A stretch of 64,000 nt of DNA from Eledone cirrhosa (Eukaryota), in the NCBI GenBank assembly GCA_964016885.1, contig OZ024746.1:56110001-56174000 (forward strand), written 5' to 3'. Numbering within the stretch: the first letter of the stretch is position 1; each line of letters opens with the position of its first letter. The notes below the pieces were generated by a model. The model was given only the letters and a program-made list of their open reading frames with translations, ran no database searches and was not told the DNA's origin. Made by a program: the position numbers and the translations under genes. Positions 1-15,000 of this stretch are shown here, piece by piece.

Positions 1-3000
1 AACACACATCAATTCCTAGTTGATAACGTGTACAAAACACACTACAACACCTCGTTGATAACCTGTACAAATCAGACTACAACACCCAGTTGATAATGTG
101 CACAAAATACACTACAACATATAGTTGATAATTTGTACAAAACACACTACAACACCTAGTTGATAACGTTGACAAAACACACTACAACACACAGTTGATA
201 ACATGTACAAAACACACTACAACTCCTAGTTGATAACGTGTACAAAACACAGTACAATACCTAGTTGATAACATGTACAAAACACTCTACAACCCCAGTT
301 TATAACGTATACAAATCACACTACAACACACAGTTGCTAACGTGTACAAACCACACTACAAACCTTAGTTGATAACGTGTACAAAACCCACTACAACACC
401 CAGTTGATTACGTGTAGAAAACACACTACAACACCAAGTTGATAAGGTGTACAAAACACACTACAATACCCAGTTGATAAAGTGTACAAATCACACTACA
501 AAACCCAGTTGATAACTTGTAGAAACCACACTACACCAAACAGTTTATAACGTTTACAAAACACAGTACAACAACCGGTTTGATAACCTGTACAAAACAC
601 AGTACAACTCACAGTTAATAACGTTTACAAAACACACTACAACACCCAGTTGATAACGTGTACGAAACACACTACAATACCTAGTTGATAACGTGTAAAA
701 AACACACTACAACACCCAGTTGATAACGTGCACAAAACAAACTACAATACCTAGTTGATAACGTGCATAAAACACACTACAACACCCAGTTAATAACGTG
801 TACAAAACACAGTACAACACCCAGTTGATAACGTGTACAAAACAAACTATAATACCTAGATGATAAGGGGGTACAACACACACTACAACACCCAGTTGAT
901 AACGTGTACAAAACACACTACAATACCTAGTTGATAACGTGTACAAAACACACTACAACTCCCAGTTGATAACGTGTAAAAAACACACTACAACACCATG
1001 TTGATAACGTGTACAAAACACTCTACAACACAGTTGAAGACGTGTACAAAACACACTACAACACCCAGTTGATAACGTGGACAAACATACTACACCACCC
1101 AGTTGATAACGTGTACAAACCACCCTACAATACCTAGTTGAGAACGTGTACAAAACACTCTACAATAACCAGTTGATAACGTGTACAGAACACCCTACAG
1201 CACCCAGTTGATAACTTGTACAAAACACACTACAGCACCCAGTTGATAACATGTACAAAACACACAACAATTCCTAGTTGATAACGTGTACAAACCACAC
1301 TACAACACATAGTCGATAATTTGTACAAAACACACTACAACCCACAGTTGATAACGTGTACAAATCACACTACAACACATAGTCGATAATGTGTACAAAA
1401 CACACTACAACCCACAGTTGATAACGTGTATAAAACTCACTACAATACCCAGTTGAAAACGCGTATAAATCACACTACAACACCCAATTGATAACGTGTA
1501 CAAAACACACTACAACACACAGCTGATAACGTTTACAAAACACAGTACAACAATTCGTTGATAACCTGTACAAATCAGACTACAACACCCAGTTGATAAC
1601 GTGTACAAAATACACTACAACACCTAGTTGATAACGTTAACAAAACACACTACAACACACAGTTGGTAACATGTACAAAACACACTACAACACCTAGTTG
1701 ATAACGTGTACAAAACACATAACAATACCTAGTTGATAACATGTACAAAACACTCTACAACCCCAGTTGATAACGTGTACAAAACACACTACAACACCAA
1801 GTTGATAACGTGGACAAACATACTACACCACCCAGTTGATAACGTCTACAAACCACCCTACAATACCCAGTTGATAACGTGTACAGAACACAGTACAACA
1901 CCCAGTTGATAACTTGTAATAAACACACTACAAGTCACAGTTGATAACGTTTACGAAACACACTACAACACCTAGTTGATAACGTACAAAACACACTACA
2001 ATACAGTTAATCACGTGTACCAAACACACTGCAACACAAAGTTTATAACGTGTACAAAATACACTACAACACCTACTTGATAACATGTAAAAAACACTCT
2101 ACAACCCCAGTTGATAACGTATACAAATCACACTACAACACCCAGTTGATAACGTGTACAAAACACACTACAACACACAGTTGATAACGTGTACAAAACA
2201 CACTATAACACCTAGTTAATAACGTCTACGAAACTCACTACAATACACAGTTGATAACGTGCACAAACCACACTGCAACACCCAGTTGATAACGTGTACA
2301 AAACACACTACAACACCCAGTTGATAACGTGTACAAAACACACATCAATTCCTAGTTGATAACGTGTACAAAACACACTACAACACCTCGTTGATAACCT
2401 GTACAAATCAGACTACAACACCCAGTTGATAATGTGCACAAAATACACTACAACATATAGTTGATAATTTGTACAAAACACACTACAACACCTAGTTGAT
2501 AACGTTGACAAAACACACTACAACACACAGTTGATAACATGTACAAAACACACTACAACTCCTAGTTGATAACGTGTACAAAACACAGTACAATACCTAG
2601 TTGATAACATGTACAAAACACTCTACAACCCCAGTTTATAACGTATACAAATCACACTACAACACACAGTTGCTAACGTGTACAAACCACACTACAAACC
2701 TTAGTTGATAACGTGTACAAAACCCACTACAACACCCAGTTGATTACGTGTAGAAAACACACTACAACACCAAGTTGATAAGGTGTACAAAACACACTAC
2801 AATACCCAGTTGATAAAGTGTACAAATCACACTACAAAACCCAGTTGATAACTTGTAGAAACCACACTACACCAAACAGTTTATAACGTTTACAAAACAC
2901 AGTACAACAACCGGTTTGATAACCTGTACAAAACACAGTACAACTCACAGTTAATAACGTTTACAAAACACGCTACAACACCTAGTTGATAACGTGTACA

Positions 3001-6000
3001 AATCACACTGCAACATCCAGTTGATAACGTTTACAAACCACACTACAACACACAGTTGATAACGTGTAAAAGTCACACTACAATATCTAGTTGATAACGT
3101 TGACAAAACACACTACAACACCTAGTTGATAACATGTACAAAACACACTACAATGCAGTTGATGACGTGTACCAAACACACTGCAACACCCAATTGATAA
3201 CGTGTACAAAACACATTACAACACATAGTTGATAACGTGTACAAAACACATTACAAAACCCAGTTGATAACGTGTACCAACCACACTACAACACCTAGTT
3301 GATAACGTGTACAAAACACACTACAACACCCGGTTGATTACGAGTACAAAACACACTACAACACCCAGTTGATAACGTGTACAAAACACTCTACAAAACC
3401 CAGTTGATAACGTGTATAAAACACACTACAACACAGTTGATAACGTGCACAAACAACACTACAACACCCAGTTGATAACGTGTAATAAACACACTTCAAC
3501 ATACAGTTGATAACGTGTACAAAACACATAACAATACCTAGTTGATAACGTGTACACAACACACTACAACACTCAGTTGATAACGTTTACAAAACACACT
3601 ACAACACCTAGTTGATAACGTACGAAACACTATAATACAGTTGCTGACGTGTACCAAACACACTGCAACACCAAGTTGATAACGTGTACAAAATACACTA
3701 CAAAACATAGTTGTTAATGTGTACGAAACAACCTACAACATCCAGTTGATAACGTGTACAAACCACACTACAACCCCTAGATGATAACGTGTACAAAACA
3801 CGCTACAACAACCAGTTTATAACGTTTACAAAACACACTACAACACACTTGATAACATGTACAAAACCCACTACAACACCCAGTTGATTACGTGTACAAA
3901 ACACACTACAACACCCACTTGATATCGTGTACAAAACACACAACAATACCTAGTTGATAACGTGTACAAAACACACTACAACACACAGTTGATAACGTTT
4001 ACACAAAACACTACAAGTTGATAACGTACAAATCACACTACAATACAGTTAATGACGTGTACCAAACACATTACAACACCACGTTGATAACGTGTACCAA
4101 ATACACTACAAGACATAGTTGATAACGTGTACAAATCACACTACAACACCCAGTTGATAACGTGTACAAAACACACAACAACACACAGTTGATAAATTGT
4201 ACAAAACACACTACAATACCCAGTTGATAACGTGTACAAATCACATTACAAAACCCAGTTCATAACGTGTACAAAACACCCTACAACACAGTTGATAACG
4301 TTTACAAAACCCAATACAACACCCAGTTGATAACGTGTACAAACCACACTACAACACCCAGTTGATAACGTGTACAAAACACAATACAACAGCCAGTTGA
4401 TAACGTGTACAAAACACACTACAATACCCAGTTGATAACGTCTAAAAAACACACTACAACACCCAGTTGATAACGTGTACAAAACACACTACAATACCCA
4501 GTTGATAATGTCTATAAAACACACTACAACACCCAGTTGATAACGTGTACAAAAAAAAATACAACACCCAGTTGATAACGTATACAAAACACACTACAAT
4601 ACCCAGTTGATAACGTGTACAAATCACACTCAAAACCCAGTTGATAACTTGTACAAACCACACTACACCAAACAGTTTATAACGTTTACAAAACGCAGTA
4701 GAACACCCGGTTAATAACGTGTAGAAAACAAAGTACAACTCACAGTTAATAACCTTTACAAAACACACTACAACACCCAGTTGATAACATGTTCAAAACA
4801 CACTACAACACCCAGTTGATAAGGTGTACAAATCATACTACAACACGCAGTTGATAACGTGTACAAATCACACAATAACAGCCAGTTGATAAGGTGTACA
4901 AAACACACTACAACACCTCGTCGATAACGTTGACAAAACACACTACAACACACAGTTGATAACGTGTACAAAACCCACAACAACAATCCAGTTGATAACG
5001 TTTACAAAATACGCTACAATACCCAGTTGATAACGTCTACAAAACACACTACAACACCCAGTTTATAACGTGTATAAATCACACTACAACACCCAGTTGA
5101 TAACGTGTACAAAACACGCTACAACAACCAGTTGATAACGTGTACAAAACACACTACAACACACTTGATGACGTGTACAAAACACACTACAACACCCAGT
5201 TGATAACGTGTAATAAACACACTACAACACACAGTTGATAACGTGTACAAAACACATAACAATACTTAGTTGATAAGGTGTACAAAACACACTACAACAC
5301 CCAGTTGATAACGTGTACAAATTACACTACAACACCCAGTTGATTACGTGTAATAAACACACTACAACACACAGTTGATAACGTGTACAAAACCCATAAC
5401 AATACCCAGTTGATTACGTGTACAAAACACACTACGATACCCAGTTGATAACGTGTACAAATCACACTACAAAACTGAGTTTATAACGTGTATAAAACAC
5501 ACTACAACACTCAATTGATAACGTTTATAAAACACACTACAACACCCAGTTGATAACGTCTACATAACACACTACAACACACAGTTGATAACGTTTACGA
5601 AACACACTACAACACCTAGTTGATAACGTACAAAATACACTACAACACATAGTTAATAACGTGTACAAAACACACTACAACACCCAGTTGATAACGTGTA
5701 CAAACCACACTACAAGCCCTAATTGATAACGTGTACAAAACCCACTACAGCATCCAGGTGATAACGTGTACAAATCCCACAACAATACCTAGTTCATAAC
5801 GTGTACAAAACACACTACAACATACAGTTGATAACGTTTACAAAACACACTACAGCACCTAGTTGATAACTTACAAAACACACTACAATACAGTTGAAGA
5901 CGTGTACCAAACACACTGCAACACCCAGTTGATAACGTGTACAAACCCACTACAATCCCTAGCTGATAACGTGTACAAAACCCTCTACAACACCCAGTTG

Positions 6001-9000
6001 ATAACGTGTACAAATCGCACTAAAACACCCAGTTGATAACGTGTACAAATCACACTAAAAAACCCAGTTGATAACGTGCACAAAACACCCTACAACACAC
6101 AGTTGATAAGGTTTACAAAACACACTACAACACCCAGTTGATAACGTGTACAAACCACATTACAACACACAGTTGATAACGTGTATAAAACACTCTACAA
6201 ATCCCAGTTGATAACGTGTACATAATACACTACAACACCCAGTTGATAACGTGTACAAATTGCACTACAAAACAGAGTTGATAACGTGTATAAAACACAC
6301 TACAACACTCAGTTGATAACGTTTACAAAACACCAAAAAATTCCTAGTGGATAACGTGTACAAAACACACTGCAACACACAGTTGATAACGTGTACAAAA
6401 CTCACTACAATACCCAGTTGAAAACGCGTATAAATCACACTACAAACCCAGTTGATAACGTGTACAAAACACAATACAACACACAGCTGATAACGTTTAC
6501 AAAACACAGTACAACACCTCGTTCATAACCTGCACAAATCAGACTACAGAACCCAATTGATAACGTGTACAAACCATACTACAACATATAAGTGATTACG
6601 TGTACAAAACACACTACAACACCTAGTTGGTAACGTTGACAAAACACACTACAACACACAGTTGATAACATGTACAAAACACACTACAACACCTAGTTGA
6701 TAACGTGTACAAAACACATAACAACACCTAGTTGATAACATGTACAAAACACTATACAACTCCAGTTAATAACGTATACAAATAGAACTACAACACCCAG
6801 TTGATAACGTGTACAAACCACACTACAACCCCTAGTTGAGAACGTGTACAAAACACGCTGCAACAACCAGTTTATAACGTTTACAAAACACACTACAACT
6901 CACTTGATGACGTGTACAAAACACACTATAACACCCAGTTGATAATGTGTAATAAACACACTACAACACACAGTTGATAACGTGTACAAAACACATAACA
7001 ATACCTAGTTGATAACGTGTACAAAACACACGACAACACCCAGTTGATAACGTGTACAAATTACACTACAAAACCCAGTTGATTACGTGTACAGAACACA
7101 CTACGATACAGTTAATGACGTGTACCAAACACATTACAACACCCAGTTGATAACGTGTACCAAATACACTACAAGACATAATTGATAACGTGTACAAATC
7201 ACACTACAACACCCAGTTGATAACGTGTACAAACCACACTACAACAACCTCTTGATAACGTGTACAAAACACAATACAACAGGCAGTTGATAACGTGTAC
7301 AAAACACACTACAATACCCTGTTGATAACGTCTACAAAATACACTACAACACCCAGTTGATAACGTGTACAAAACACACTACAACACCAAGTTGATAACG
7401 TCTACAAAACACACTACAACACCCAATTGATAACGTGTACAAAACACACTACAATACCCAGTTGATAACGTCTATAAAACACACTACAACACCCAGTTGG
7501 TAACGTGTACTAAAAAAACTGCAACACCCAGTTGATAACGTATACAAAACACACTACAATACCCAGTAGATAACGTGTACAAATCACACTACAAAACCCA
7601 GCTGATAACTTGTACAAACCACACTACACCAAACAGTCTATAACGTTTACAAAACACAGTACAACACCCGGTTGATAACGTGTACAAAACACAGTACAAC
7701 TCACAGTTAATAACGTTTACAAAACACACTACAACACCTAGTTGATAACGTGTACAAATCACACTACAAAACCCAGTTGATAACTTGTACAAACCACACT
7801 ACACCAAACAGTTTATAACGTTTACAAAACGCAGTACAACACCCGGTTGATAACGTGTACAAAACACAGTACAACCCGCAGTTAATAACCTATACTAAAC
7901 ACACTACAACACCTAGTTGATAACGTTTACAAAACACACTACATCACCCAGTTGATAACATGTTCAAAACAAACTACAACACCCAGTTGATAACGTGTCC
8001 AAATCATACTACAACACCCAGTTGATAACGTGTACAAATCACACTATAACACCCAGTTGATAAGGTGTACAAAACACACTACAACACCTCGTTGATAACG
8101 CTGACAAGATACACTACAACACACAGTTGATAACGTGTACAAAACCCACAACAACAATCCAGTTGATAACGTGTACAAAATACACTACAATACCCAGTTG
8201 ATAACGTCTACAAAACACACTACAACACCCAGTTTATAACGTGTATAAATCACACTACAACACCCAGTTGATAACGTGTACAAAACACGCTACAACAACC
8301 AGTTGATAACGTGTACAAAAAACACTACAACACCCAGTTGATAACGTGTAATAAACACACTACAACACACAGTTGATAACGTATACAAAACACAATACAA
8401 CACACAGTTGATAACGCGTACAAAACACATAACAATACCCAGTTGATTACGTGTACAAAACACACTACAATACCCAGTTGATAACGTGTACAAATCACAC
8501 TACAAAACTGAGTTGATAACGTGTATAAAACACACTACAACACTCAGTTGATAACGTTTACAAAACACACTACAACAGGCAGTTGATAACGTCTACATAA
8601 CACACTACAACACACAGTTGTTAACGTTTACGAAACACACTACAACACCTAGTTGATAACGTACAAAATACACTACAACACATAGTTGATAACGTGTACA
8701 AAACACACTACAACACCCAGTTGATAACGTGTACAAACCACACTACAGGCCATAATTGATAACGTGTACAAAACCCACTACAACATCCAGGTGATAACGT
8801 GTACAAAACACACTACAGCACCTAGTTGATAACTTACAAAACACACTACAATACAGTTGAAGACGTGTAACAAACACACTGCAACACCCAGTTGATAACG
8901 TGTACAAACCCACTACGACCCCTAGCTGATAACGTATACAAAACCCACTACAACACCCAGTTGATAATGTGTACAAATCGCACTAAAACACCCAGTTGAT

Positions 9001-12000
9001 AACGTGTACAAATCACACTAAACAACCCAGTTGATAACCTGCACAAAACACCCTACAACACACAGTTGATAAGGATTACAAAACACATTACAACACACAG
9101 TTGATAACGTTTACAAAACACTCTACAAATCACAGTTGATAACGTGTACAAAACACAATACAACACCAAGTTGATAACGTGTACAAAACACACTACAATA
9201 CCATGTTCATAACGCCTACAAAATACACTACAACACCCAGTTGATAACGTGTACAACTCGCACTCCAAAACAAAGTTGATAACCTGTATAAAACACACTA
9301 CAACACTCAGTTGATAACGTTTACAAAACACACAACAATTCCTAGTTGATAACGTGTACAAAACACACTACAACACCCCGTTGATAACGTGTACAGATCA
9401 TACTACAAAACCCAGTCGATAACGTGTACAAAACACACTACAACACACAGTTGATAACGTGTACAAAACCCACTACAATACCCAGCTGAAAACGCGTATA
9501 AATCACACTACAAAACCCAGTTGATAACGTGTACAAAACACACTACAACACACAGCTGATAACGTTAACAAAACACAGTACAACACCTCGTTCATAACCT
9601 GTACAAATCAGACTACAGCACCCAATTGATAACGTGTACAAACCGCACTACAACATATAGTGGATTACGTGTACAAAACACACTACAACACCTAGTTGGT
9701 AACATGTACAAAACGCACTACAACACCTAGTTGATAACGTGTACAAAACACATAACAACACCTAGTTGATAACGTGTACAAATCACACTACAACACCCAG
9801 TTGATAACGTGTACAAACCACACTACAGCACCTAGTTGATAACGTGTACAAAACCCACTACAACACCCAGTTGATTACGTGTACAAAACACACTACAACA
9901 CCAAGTTGATAACGTGTACAAAACACACTACAATAACCAGTTGATAACGCGTACAAATCACACTACACCAAACAGTTTATAACGTTTACAAAACACAGTA
10001 CAACACCCGGTTGATAACGTGTACAAAACACATTACAACTCACAGTTAATAACGTTGACAAAACACACTACAACACACAGTTGATAACGTGTACAAAACC
10101 CACTACAACAATCCAGTTGATAACGTGTACAAAATACACTACAATACCCAGTTGATAACGTCTAGAAAACACACTACAGCACCCAGTTGATAACGTGTAT
10201 AAATTACACTACAACACCCAGTTGATAACGTGTACAAAACACACTACAGCACCCAGTTGATAACGTGTACAAAACACGCTACAACGCCCAGTTGATAACG
10301 TTTACAAAACACACTGCAACACCCAGTTGATAACGTGTAATAAACACACTACAACACACAGTTGATAACGTGTACAAAACACATAAGAATACCTAGTTGA
10401 TAACGCGTACAAAACACACTACAACACCCAGTTGATAACGTGTACAAATTACACTACAACACACAGTTGATAACGTGTACACATTACACTACACCACCCA
10501 GTTGATTACGTGTACAAAACACACTACAATACCCAGTTGATAACGTGTACAAATCACACTACAAAACTGAGTTGATAACGTGTATATAACACACTACAAC
10601 ACTCAGTTGATAACGTTTACAAAACACACTACAACACCCAGTTGATAACGTCTACATAACACACTACAACACAGTTGATAACGTTTACGAAACACACTAC
10701 AACACCTAGTTGATAACGTACAAAACACACTACAATACAGTTGATGACGTGTACCAAACACACTGCAACACCAAGTTTATAACGTGTACAAACCACACTA
10801 CAAGCCCTAATTGATAACGTGTACAAAACCCACTACAATATCCAGTTGATAACGTGTACAAAACACGCCACAATAACTAGTTCATAACGTGTACAAAACA
10901 CACTACAACATACAGTTTATAACGTTTACAACACACACTACAGCACCTAGTTGATAACTTACAAAACACACTACAATACAGTTAATGACGTGTACCAAAC
11001 AAACTGCAACACCCAGTTGATAACGTGTACAAAATACACTACAACCCCTAGTTGATAACGTGTACAAAACCCACTACAACACCCAGTTGATAACGTGTAC
11101 AAATCGCACTACAACACCAAGTTGATAACGTGTACAAATCACACTAAAAAACCCAGTTGATAACGTGCACAAAACACACAACACACAGTTGATAACGTTT
11201 ACAAAGCACACTACAACACCCAGTTGATAACGTATACAAACCACACTACAACACACAGTTGATAACGTTTACAAAACACACTACAACACCCAGTTGATAA
11301 CGTGTATAAAACACTCTACAAATCCCAGTTGATAACGTGTACAAAACACAATACAACACCCAGTTGATAACGTGTACAAAACACACTACAATACCCAGTT
11401 GATAACGTGTACAAATCGCACTACAAAACAGAGTTGATAACGTGTATAAAACACACTACAACACGCAGTTGATAACGTTTACAAAACACACTACAACACC
11501 CAGTTGATAACGTCTACATAACACATTACAACACAGTTGATAACGTTTACGAAACAAACTACAACACCTAGTTGATAACGTACAAAACACACTACAATAC
11601 AGTTGATGCCGTGTACCAAACACACTGCAACACCAAGTTTATAACGTGTACAAACCACACTACAAGCCCGAATTGATAACGTGTACAAAACACACTACAA
11701 GCCCTAATTGATAACGTGTACAAAACCCATTACATCATCCAGTTGATAACGTGTACAAATCACACAACAATACCTAGTTCATAACGTGTACAAAACACAC
11801 TACAACATACAGTTGAGAACGTGTACAAATCACACTAAACAACCCAGTTGATAACGTGCACAAAACACAATACAGCACTTAGTTGATAACTTACAAAACA
11901 CACTGCAATACCGTTGATGACGTGTGCCAAACACACTGCAACATCCAGTTGATAACGTGTACAAAATACACTACAACACATAGTTGATAACGTGTACAAA

Positions 12001-15000
12001 ACACACTACAACACCCAGTTGATAACGTGTATAAATCACACTACAACACCCAGTTGATAACATGTACAAAACACGCTACAACAACCAGTTGATAACGTTT
12101 ACAAAACACACTACAACACACTTGATGACGTGTACAAAACACACTACAACACCCAGTTGATAACGTGTAATAAACACACTACAACACACAGTTGATAACG
12201 TGTACAAAACACATAAGAATACCTAGTTGATAACGCGTACAAAACACGCTACAACACCCAGTTGATAACGTGTACAAATTACACTACAACACCCAGTTGA
12301 TTACGTGTAATAAACACACTACAAACACAGTTGATAACGTGTACAAAACACATAACAATACCTAGTTGATAACGTGTAAAAAACACACTACAAACCCAGT
12401 TGATAACGTGTACACATTACACTACAACACCCAGTTGATTACGTGTACAAAACACACTACACTACCCAGTTGATAACGTGTACAAATCACACTACAAAAC
12501 TGAGTTGATAATGTGTATATAACACACTACAACACTCAGTTGATAACGTTTACAAAACACACTACAACACCCAGTTGATAACGTCTACAAAACACACTAC
12601 AACACCCAGTTGATAACGTGTACAAAACACGCTACAACAACCAGTTGATAACGTTTACAAAACACACTACAACACACTTGATGACGTGTACAAATCACAC
12701 TACAAAACTGAGTTGATAATGTGTATATAACACACTACAACACCCAGTTGATAACGTGTAATAAACACACTACAATACCCAGTTGATAACGTGTACAAAT
12801 CACACTAAAAACTGAGTTGATAACGTGTATATAATACACTACAACACTCAGTTGATAACGTTTACAAAACACACTACAACACCCAGTTGATAACGTCTAC
12901 ATAACACACTACAACACAGTTGATAACGTTTACGAAACACACTACAACACCTAGTAGATAACGTACAATACAAAATACAATACAGTTGATGACGTGTACC
13001 AAACACACTGCAACACCAAGTTTATAACGTGTACAAACCACACTACAAGCCCTAATTGATAACGTGTACAAAACCCACTACAACATCCAGTTGATAACGT
13101 GTACAAATCACGCCACAATACCTAGTTCATAACGTGTACAAAACACACTACAACATACAGTTTATAACGTTTACAAGACACACTACAGCACCTAGTTGAT
13201 AACTTACAAAACACACTACAATACAGTTGATGACGTGTACCAAACAAACTGCAACACCCAGTTGATAACGTGTACAAAACACACTACAACCCCTAGTTGA
13301 TAACGTGTACAAATCGCACTACAACACCCAGTTGATAACGTGTACAAATCACACTAAAAAACCCAGTTGATAACGTGCACAAAACACACAACACACAGTT
13401 GATAACGTTTACAAAGCACACTACAACACCCAGTTGATAACGTATACAAACCACACTACAACACACAGTTGATAACGTTTACAAAACACACTACAACATC
13501 CAGTTGATAACGTGTATAAAACACTCTACAAATCCCAGTTGATAACGTGTACAAAACACAATACAACACCTAGTTGATAACGTGTACAAAACACACTACA
13601 ATAACCTGTTGATAACGTCTACAAAATACACTACAATACCCAGTTGATAACGTGTACAAATCGCACTACAAAACAGAGTTGATAACGTGTATAAAACACA
13701 CTACAACACGCAGTTGATAACGTTTACAAAACACACTACAACACCCAGTTGATAACGTCTACATAACACACTACAACACAGTTGATAACGTTTACGAAAC
13801 ACACTAAAACACCTAGTTGATAACGTACAAAACACACTACAATACAGTTGATGCCGTGTACCAAACACACTGCAACACCAAGTTTATAACGTGTACAAAC
13901 CACACTACAAGCCCGAATTGATAACGTGTACAAAACACACTACAAGCCCTAATTGATAACGTGTACAAAACCCATTACATCATCCAGTTGATAACGTGTA
14001 CAAATCACACAACAATACCTAGTACATAACGTGTACAAAACACACTACAACATACAGTTGATAACGTGTACAAATCACACTAAAAAACCCAGTTGATAAC
14101 GTGCACAAAACACACTACAGCACTTAGCTGACAACTTACAAAACACACTACAATACCGTTGATGACGTGTGCCAAACACACTGCAACACCCAGTTGATAA
14201 CGTGTACAAAATACACTACCACACATAGTTGATAACGTGTACAAAACACACTACAACACCCAGTTGAAAACGTGTACAAACCCCATTACAACGCCTAGTT
14301 GATAACGTGTATAAAACCCACTACACCACCCTGTTGATAACGTGTACAAATCGCACTACATCACCCAGTTGATAACGTGTACAAAATACACTACAACACA
14401 CAGTTGATAACGTGTACAAATGACACTAAAAAACCCAGTTGATAACGTGCACAAAACACCCCACAACACACAGCAGATAACGTTTACAAAACACACTACA
14501 ACACCCACTTGATAATGTGTACAAACCACACTACAACACACAGTTGATAACGTTTACAAAGCACACTACAACACCCAGTTGATAACGTATACAAACCACA
14601 CTACAACACACAGTTGATAACGTTTACAAAGCACACTACAACACCCAGTTGATAACGTATACAAACCACACTACAACACCCAGTTGATAACGTGTATAAA
14701 ACACTCTACAAATCCCAGTTGATAACGTGTACAAAACGCACTACAACACCCAGTTGATAACGTATACAAAACACACTACAATACCCAGTTGATAACGTGT
14801 ACAAATCACACTTCAAAACCCAGTTGATAACTTGTACAAACCACACTACACCAAACAGTTTATAACGTTTACAAAACACAGTACAACACCCGGTGTGATA
14901 ATGTGTACAAAACACAGTACAACTCACAGTTAATAACCTTTACAAAACACACTACAACACCTAGTTGATAACGTTTACAAAACACACTACAACACCCAGT

